Of a stretch of DNA of 42,585 bases, positions 37,019 to 42,585 are shown one piece after another (the first letter of the stretch is position 1; every line of letters begins with the position of its first letter). Origin of the DNA: a virus (Duplodnaviria; Caudoviricetes); IMG/VR virus record IMGVR_UViG_3300032373_000784, positions 1 through 42,585 of that record; one strand, 5' to 3'. The position numbers and the translations under genes were made by a program. The notes beneath the pieces were generated by a model, which saw nothing but the letters and a program-made list of their open reading frames with translations, did not search any database and was not told the DNA's origin.

Positions 37019-37378
37019 ATGTCTAAAACCTTCTGGGGTGGCGTTGCCACCAAAGCAAAAATCGAAGTTACTTATGAATGGGTATCGACGGACGGAACCG
37101 TAAGTAAGGTCAAACGTAAGGACACTGCCTTTACCACCGCAAGTGAAACTGCACGAGACACACTAATCGCCGCCGCCGACGCTCTTACCGTTGACCTGGA
37201 CGACGTTAAGCAGGTGCAAGTTTACAGCGCCACGACCGACCCGGAAACGGGTGGCCTGATTGTTGACGTTCAGTTCAAGAACGGCGACAGCATGCGCATC
37301 GGTGATGATGAGGTTGTCCCGGTCGATCTTGCGACGGCGCGCGATGCGTTTATTGCCGCCGTGACGGCGGACCTGTGA
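37019..37378 (+). CDS. Tail-fibre-associated hypothetical protein
   Basis: RBS AAGGAG; directly after the fibre gene. Confidence 0.65.
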   Translation: MSKTFWGGVATKAKIEVTYEWVSTDGTVSKVKRKDTAFTTASETARDTLIAAADALTVDLDDVKQVQVYSATTDPETGGLIVDVQFKNGDSMRIGDDEVVPVDLATARDAFIAAVTADL

Positions 37379-37536
37379 TGCTGAGCCCGCAAGAAGCGCA
37401 GGTGGTCTTGGAGTTCTTGAACCGGGTTCAGGTTCAGGGGCTCCAAGAGGCCACCAACCTCGCCGCCGTTGCGCAGAAGCTTTCGCTCATTGTGCAGCAG
37501 CACCCAGAAGAACCAGACGATCCGGATGTGGAGTAA
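37378..37536 (+). CDS. Small hypothetical protein (52 aa, not in the ORF track)
   Basis: MLSPQEAQVVLEFLNRVQVQG...; TGATG overlap with the upstream gene; fills the gap to 37543. Confidence 0.6.
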   Translation: MLSPQEAQVVLEFLNRVQVQGLQEATNLAAVAQKLSLIVQQHPEEPDDPDVE

Positions 37537-37542
37537 GATCGC

Positions 37543-38172
37543 ATGGCCACCACACAAGTAACATCAGGCATGATCGGACCAGGAGAGGTTAAAACCCCCA
37601 ATCTGGCACCGAAGGCCGTTACCACCTCCGAGATGGGCGACGGCACCGAGGGGCAGGTTCTCGGCTATGGCGCGGCTGGCGCGGCTGAACAGCAATGGCC
37701 AAGTCACGTTCAGCGCGCCGTCGGCACCAACGCAACGTGGACAACCCTCACAGATCAGCGCATCCCTGGCGACGATACGGTGCCGCAAAAGACCGAGGGC
37801 CAAGAAATCCTTACCGCTTCCATCACGCCCAAAGCGGCGGGCCATATCTTGCGTGTGACGATCGACATTCCCATTGTTCAGACCAACGCCCTGGCGACGA
37901 TCACAGGCGTGTTGTTCTGGGATGGTGGGACGGGAACGATCCTCGCCGACGGTATTGCGTGTCACATGATGCACGCGGGCTCGGGTGAAAATCAATCCAT
38001 GTCGTTCGCCTTCGAGGTGGCGGCTGTTGACACCAACCCGCACAACTTCTCGGTTCGATTGGGCCATGCCCAAGGCACTGCCGTGAACATGTATCTCAAC
38101 GGCAACAACACCAGCCGCATGATGGGCGGAACATCGGTCGCCATCATCACGATTGACGAGTTTAAGGCTTAA
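37543..38172 (+). CDS. Putative second fibre or tail-associated protein
   Basis: Fibre-like N-terminus (VTTSEMGDG..GQVL), beta-rich C-domain (LTASITPK...ITIDEF). Confidence 0.6.
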   Translation: MATTQVTSGMIGPGEVKTPNLAPKAVTTSEMGDGTEGQVLGYGAAGAAEQQWPSHVQRAVGTNATWTTLTDQRIPGDDTVPQKTEGQEILTASITPKAAGHILRVTIDIPIVQTNALATITGVLFWDGGTGTILADGIACHMMHAGSGENQSMSFAFEVAAVDTNPHNFSVRLGHAQGTAVNMYLNGNNTSRMMGGTSVAIITIDEFKA

Positions 38173-38199
38173 TGCCGAAAGGATGAGGGGGGTGGTGGT

Positions 38200-38544
38200 A
38201 TGGAATTGCAATGGTGGATTGCCGCAGTTGAAGTGCCGATATTATTGGCGTTGGTGGGGTGGGTTTATAGGATGCGCGCCGGTCTTGAGGAGAAGCTTGA
38301 AGCGCGCGATGAAAAGCGATCGAGGGATCGTGATCAGATCTGGAAGGGCATTCGCAGCGTGCAAAGCAACTTAGAGGCCTACAAGCTCGATGTGGCCCGG
38401 CAGTATGCCTCGGTCGACCACCTGAAAGACGTTGAGGATCGGATCGTCAAGGCGCTGGAAAAGCTCGCCGATGAAATGGGGCATTTTTCGGCAGTGATCA
38501 GTCGCATGCAAGGGCAGAACGATGTTGTTCGGCCTGGTGAGTAA
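38200..38544 (+). CDS. Membrane-anchored coiled-coil protein (lysis module)
   Basis: N-terminal TM followed by a coiled coil. Confidence 0.6.
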   Translation: MELQWWIAAVEVPILLALVGWVYRMRAGLEEKLEARDEKRSRDRDQIWKGIRSVQSNLEAYKLDVARQYASVDHLKDVEDRIVKALEKLADEMGHFSAVISRMQGQNDVVRPGE

Positions 38545-38550
38545 TGGGAA

Positions 38551-38775
38551 ATGATGATGGAAGATTTCGTTCTGTGGGGGCAGGTGTTGAAGCTGCTGGG
38601 TTTGTTGATCTCAATATCGGCCCTGGTTTACTGGCTGCGTTTTCTTGATCGACGCGCTGGTGTCGATTTTAAGGAGTTCTTTAATGATCTCAAAAATGAT
38701 CCGCAGGCTGCTGCTCAGTATCTTGGCTACCGTTTCCTTGGTGCCTGTGTCCTCATCGGCCTCGCCCTTTTCTGA
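38551..38775 (+). CDS. Putative holin (2 TM)
   Basis: 74 aa, two hydrophobic segments, overlaps the endolysin. Confidence 0.6.
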   Translation: MMMEDFVLWGQVLKLLGLLISISALVYWLRFLDRRAGVDFKEFFNDLKNDPQAAAQYLGYRFLGACVLIGLALF

Positions 38776-39262
38776 TCGCTACGATCTGCAGATCCGTGCG
38801 GCCGTGCGGGATTACTGGCCAGCCTATCCGTATTGGAGGGCCTGGAAAGCCCAGTTGTATCAGGAAAGCCGCTTGGATCCCGGCGCGGTTTCTCCTGTGG
38901 GCGCGCAAGGCTTAGCTCAGTTCATGCCGGGAACCTGGCGGCAGGTATCAGCCGAGCTCAAGCTTGGAGAGGCAAGTCCTCACACCGATATCGCGATTTC
39001 GGCTGGGGCTTTCTACATGGCCAAACGGCGTAGCGGTTGGTCGTCGCCACGCCCCGAGGCGGATCGCCATCGCCTGGCGGCGGCGAGCTACAACGCAGGT
39101 TTTGGAAATTTGCTTAAGGCGCAAAAGGCATGTGGCGACCGGAGCTTGTATGTCGAGATTATTGCCTGCCTGCCTGAGATTACTGGCCAGCACTCAGCTG
39201 AAACGATCAGCTATGTGCGGCTTATCTGGAAGTGGTGGCGAATGATGGAGGCCGGATTATGA
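38684..39262 (+). CDS. Endolysin, SLT-type lytic transglycosylase with signal peptide
   Basis: QES catalytic motif, AVSPVGAQGLAQFMPGTW, ASYNAG, ETISYV; start after AAGGAG. Confidence 0.88.
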   Translation: MISKMIRRLLLSILATVSLVPVSSSASPFSDRYDLQIRAAVRDYWPAYPYWRAWKAQLYQESRLDPGAVSPVGAQGLAQFMPGTWRQVSAELKLGEASPHTDIAISAGAFYMAKRRSGWSSPRPEADRHRLAAASYNAGFGNLLKAQKACGDRSLYVEIIACLPEITGQHSAETISYVRLIWKWWRMMEAGL

Positions 39263-39723
39263 AGGCAATAGCTGAAATGTTGGGTGGGGTGGCTTTTGGT
39301 GGCGTTCCATTGCGATTGATCCTGATCGGTCTGGCGGCGGTTGCGGCCTTGGGTTTATGGCTCTACGTCGGCCATCTGCAGGATGAAAATAATCGCCTGC
39401 GGGGTGATTTGGCGGTCGCGCTCGATGCGGCAGAGCAGAACGTGAAGGCCTTGGCGGCGGCAAATAGACACACCGTTAGCGTGATCAATGCGCTGACGGC
39501 CGAGCGTGACGCTTTTGCGGCGCGCGTAAAGCAACTCACAAAGATTAGATCGGAGGTTAATCATGCCCCGCAAAGTGACGATGGTCCTGTCGCCCCTGTT
39601 CTTGCTCGCGTTCTTGACAGCTTGCGAAACGCAAAGGCTGGTGCCGGTGGTGAAGGTGGAAAAGCACCAGGTGCCGGCCAGCCTGTTGACTTGTCCGTTG
39701 ACGCCCTCGCCGCCGGTGGCTGA
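39259..39723 (+). CDS. Inner-membrane spanin (Rz-like)
   Basis: Single TM plus periplasmic coiled coil after the endolysin. Confidence 0.75.
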   Translation: MKAIAEMLGGVAFGGVPLRLILIGLAAVAALGLWLYVGHLQDENNRLRGDLAVALDAAEQNVKALAAANRHTVSVINALTAERDAFAARVKQLTKIRSEVNHAPQSDDGPVAPVLARVLDSLRNAKAGAGGEGGKAPGAGQPVDLSVDALAAGG

Positions 39724-39835
39724 GACGCAGAGATCCGTCGCTGTTTATGTTTTGGATTTGTGGGAAGCGGCCGAAGAGTGTAGCCAAAAGATGGTCCAGG
39801 TGCGGCGTCTGGTCGCGCCGATTTCAGGGCCATAA
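39581..39835 (+). CDS. Outer-membrane spanin lipoprotein (Rz1-like)
   Basis: Lipobox LTAC, Pro-rich VPASLLTCP; overlaps Rz in another frame. Confidence 0.8.
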   Translation: MVLSPLFLLAFLTACETQRLVPVVKVEKHQVPASLLTCPLTPSPPVAETQRSVAVYVLDLWEAAEECSQKMVQVRRLVAPISGP

Positions 39836-39931
39836 TTCAGTCTGAAAAACTGTCAGACTTTCGCCACAAAAGTGACGGTAATCCGCAGTAATATGTCGGT
39901 CAATGCATTGAAAATAAACGACTTTATGCAC

Positions 39932-39980
<49 letters not shown>

Positions 39981-39982
<2 letters not shown>

Positions 39983-40021
39983 GCCTCTGAGAAACATAGA
40001 TTTCTCAGAGGCTTTTGTTTT
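39981..40021 (+). terminator. Original host tRNA terminator
   Basis: AAGCCTCTGAGAAA...TTTCTCAGAGGCTT followed by TTGTTTT. Confidence 0.75.
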
Positions 40022-40140
40022 GTCTTGAAATGTGATGACGGGGCACGCGCATTGCGGGCTGAAAACTTTCAAACTCTTGGCGCAAGGTGTATGATCAATA
40101 GATAATCAAATTGATGAAATGTGTAAGGAGGTGGCTTTCA

Positions 40141-40350
40141 ATGACCAAAGTTTTCGTGGCTTTGTTTCTCATCGCTTTGGCGACGCCAGTGATGGTGGCG
40201 ACGCCTGTTTTGGCGCAGAACGTGGGCGCAATCGTTGCGTCGCAAACGTCTAGCGTTGCGGCGGCTGCGCTTGCCGACGGTACGTCTAGCACCGTGCAAA
40301 GTGTGGTCGCGCCCAGCCGGGAACCGGCGCAAGGCGATACTCAACAGTAG
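40141..40350 (+). CDS. Small secreted hypothetical protein
   Basis: RBS AAGGAGG; Sec-type signal peptide ending PVLA-Q. Confidence 0.6.
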   Translation: MTKVFVALFLIALATPVMVATPVLAQNVGAIVASQTSSVAAAALADGTSSTVQSVVAPSREPAQGDTQQ

Positions 40351-40489
40351 TGATCTAACTTTCTGGCTTTTGTCGCCAAGGATGGAGGAGGGGTGTGCTG
40401 GTAAAGCGTCATCTCTCTAGGGTGTGACTTTGCAGGGTCATGCCGGGGCTGGGTTTTTGTTTGCGCATTTTCATGAAAAGGGGCCTGTC

Positions 40490-42585
40490 ATGTTAAGTCG
40501 TCGCCAGTTTTTGACCACCACCGCTTTGGCGTCCGTTGGGACTTTTGCCGCTCAGACAGCGCTCGCGCAGTTTGTCGATATGACCGGCATCATCAGCGGT
40601 GTCGTGTCGTCCGCCATCAGCAGCGCCATCAGCGCCAACGTTCAAGAAGTTCTCGGCGCGACCATGTCCGTGGCGCCTGAAAAAGTCTCCGTGATGACTG
40701 GCGTTGCGGTCACAAAAATGGGTAACGCGTCTACGCCATCGCGCATGGTGACAAGCCATGATGATGGCTCGCTGAGTCTTTGGGATATGCGCGAAGGTCG
40801 CCAGATCAAACGGCTTAAGAATTTACATGACGGCCCGGTGAACGCCGTGAGCCTTTCCGAAAACGGGGCTGTCGCCGTGACCGCCGGACGCGACGGCAAG
40901 GCCCAGGTGGTCAGCAGCGCCACGGGTGCGGTGAAGGCCACGTTGACGAGCGCTGGGGCGACGGCGGCGACCGTCGTTGCGGTGTCCGATTCAGGCGACA
41001 CGGTCGTAACCGGCCATGACGACGGCAGTGTGCGTGTTTGGGACGCCAAAAGCGGCGAAGTCGTGTCGCTGTCCAAACCATCCAACGACGCCATCGGCGC
41101 GGTGGCTTTGTCCAAAGATGAAACCAAGGTTCTGGTCGGCGACGCCAAAGGCAAAGTCGTTACTTCTGACGCCAAGACCGGTGAAGCGGCCCAGAAAATT
41201 GCGCAGGCCCATGGTAAAGCCGTGACTTTCATCGAAGAAAGCCCATCGGGCGACGGTTTTGTTACCGCTGGCGCCGATGGCATGGTCAAATCGTGGAAGA
41301 CCGATGCGAATACGGCGGATAAAGAATTGAAACTTGACGCCCCTGTTACGTCTGCATCGCTTGACCCCAAAGGGGATCGTTTGGCGGTCGGTGACGACAG
41401 GGGCGGCGTTGCGCTTGTGGACCTGAAACAAAGCAGGGTCAGCGCGACCGCTGAGGGTGCAAAAGCGCACGTCGGTGCGGTGGCGTTTGGCGCCGGCGAC
41501 AACGTGGTCCACACGCTGGCTGAAGATGGCCTCATGAACGTTGTCGATGTGAGTACGAAAAAACAAACCGCGCGCGTGGTGGCGACCACCGACGGCTGGG
41601 CCGCGGTGGACGGCGAAAGCGGCGCGTATGTCGGTGATGGCGATGCGCTGGCGGCAATCGAGTGGGGCGCTGAAGACATGTCGTTCGAACTCGACCAATT
41701 CGGCGAAAGTCACTATGAACCGGCTGTGCTGGCGCTGGCGTCCGAAGGCCAAAGTGTCGAGCCCGTCACCACCGCTACTGAGCAAGCGCCGAAACTGTCC
41801 GTTTCGTTCCATACCCCGCCCATCGTGGTGATCGCCAAACCGGAAGAAAACGCCTCGTCCGACAGCGAAGCCTATGAGTTGTTTGTCGAAGCGGGCAACC
41901 TGGGTGGCGGCATTCAAGAAATACGTTTATTCCACAATGATCGCTTGGTCGCCAAAGAGGTTCCAGGCGACGCGGACAAAGAAACCTATAGCCACACGTT
42001 TGAGGTCAAGCTCACGCCCGGCGTAAATAAGTTTCGCACCATCGCCATGAGCCGCGACATGATCGAAAGCAAGCCCGCTAAGATCCAGGTCGCCTATACG
42101 GGGGCGGAGCGCAAAAGCACGTTGCACGTCGTGACCATCGGCATCAACGCCTATCGCAACCCGGCGCTGGCGTTGAACTACGGCGTGCCGGACGCGCTGG
42201 GGATCGAGCAGTTCTTCGCCTCTCAGCCGAAAACCTTGTTCAAAAACATTAAGACCTACAAGGTTCTCGATAAGCAAGCGACCAAGCCCGGTATCCAAAA
42301 GGCCTTGGCGAATTTGAAAGGCATTTCGTCTGATGATGTGTTGGTGGTGTACCTCGCCGGTCATGGCGATTCCATAGGCGATACGTGGTACTTCATACCT
42401 TACGATGTGGTCTATCCCGAACGTGAAGATCATGTTCGCGAAAAAGGCATCACGTCACAAGAACTGGAAGCCTGGGTCAACGAAGTGCCCGCGCAGAAAG
42501 TCGTGATGCTGATGGACGCCTGCAAATCCGGTGCAGCGTTAACCCGCACCCGCGGTTTTGAAGAACGCAAGGCGCTGAGCCGACT
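40490..42585 (+). CDS. Tat-exported WD40-repeat / caspase-like (peptidase C14) protein, 3'-truncated
   Basis: MLSRRQFL twin-arginine signal; WD repeats (GHDDGSVRVWD); YLAGHG and MDACKSG in the same frame; absent from the ORF track because it runs off the window. Confidence 0.85.
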   Translation, partial: MLSRRQFLTTTALASVGTFAAQTALAQFVDMTGIISGVVSSAISSAISANVQEVLGATMSVAPEKVSVMTGVAVTKMGNASTPSRMVTSHDDGSLSLWDMREGRQIKRLKNLHDGPVNAVSLSENGAVAVTAGRDGKAQVVSSATGAVKATLTSAGATAATVVAVSDSGDTVVTGHDDGSVRVWDAKSGEVVSLSKPSNDAIGAVALSKDETKVLVGDAKGKVVTSDAKTGEAAQKIAQAHGKAVTFIEESPSGDGFVTAGADGMVKSWKTDANTADKELKLDAPVTSASLDPKGDRLAVGDDRGGVALVDLKQSRVSATAEGAKAHVGAVAFGAGDNVVHTLAEDGLMNVVDVSTKKQTARVVATTDGWAAVDGESGAYVGDGDALAAIEWGAEDMSFELDQFGESHYEPAVLALASEGQSVEPVTTATEQAPKLSVSFHTPPIVVIAKPEENASSDSEAYELFVEAGNLGGGIQEIRLFHNDRLVAKEVPGDADKETYSHTFEVKLTPGVNKFRTIAMSRDMIESKPAKIQVAYTGAERKSTLHVVTIGINAYRNPALALNYGVPDALGIEQFFASQPKTLFKNIKTYKVLDKQATKPGIQKALANLKGISSDDVLVVYLAGHGDSIGDTWYFIPYDVVYPEREDHVREKGITSQELEAWVNEVPAQKVVMLMDACKSGAALTRTRGFEERKALSR

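Noticed and set aside
35045-39835. Diversity-generating retroelement as in BPP-1
   Set aside because: No reverse transcriptase ORF and no TR/VR repeat pair seen near the fibre genes
40642-42433. Minus-strand ORFs of 345, 308 and 168 aa
   Set aside because: Shadows of the plus-strand WD40/caspase gene

Overview
Alphaproteobacterial (Rhodospirillales-like, inferred) chromosome segment. It opens with the 3' part of mrdA (PBP2), rodA and tRNA-Lys(CTT). An apparently intact ~37.8 kb temperate prophage is integrated in that tRNA (51-bp att repeat at 2167-2217 and 39932-39982, 2 mismatches). Host genes resume after it: a small secreted protein and a Tat-signal WD40/caspase-like protein running off the end. 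The prophage pairs a lambda-like cI/cro switch (five 17-bp operators) with a primase/helicase/iteron replication module and a T7/BPP-1-like podovirus morphogenesis and lysis module. The most unusual signal is a 1078-aa putative ejection protein carrying ParB/Srx-like and zeta-toxin-like kinase domains, each followed by a small gene overprinted in the +1 frame (candidate hidden immunity genes). Also notable: integrase arm-like sites repeated inside the terS-terL interval, a nested antisense membrane gene with its own promoter, a solo Spo11/TopoVI-A-like gene, a nuclease plus membrane cassette in the rexAB position, and mimics of host regulators (GcrA-, CtrA/OmpR-, PraR- and Rmf-like). All family assignments are from motif recognition by eye; no database searches were run.
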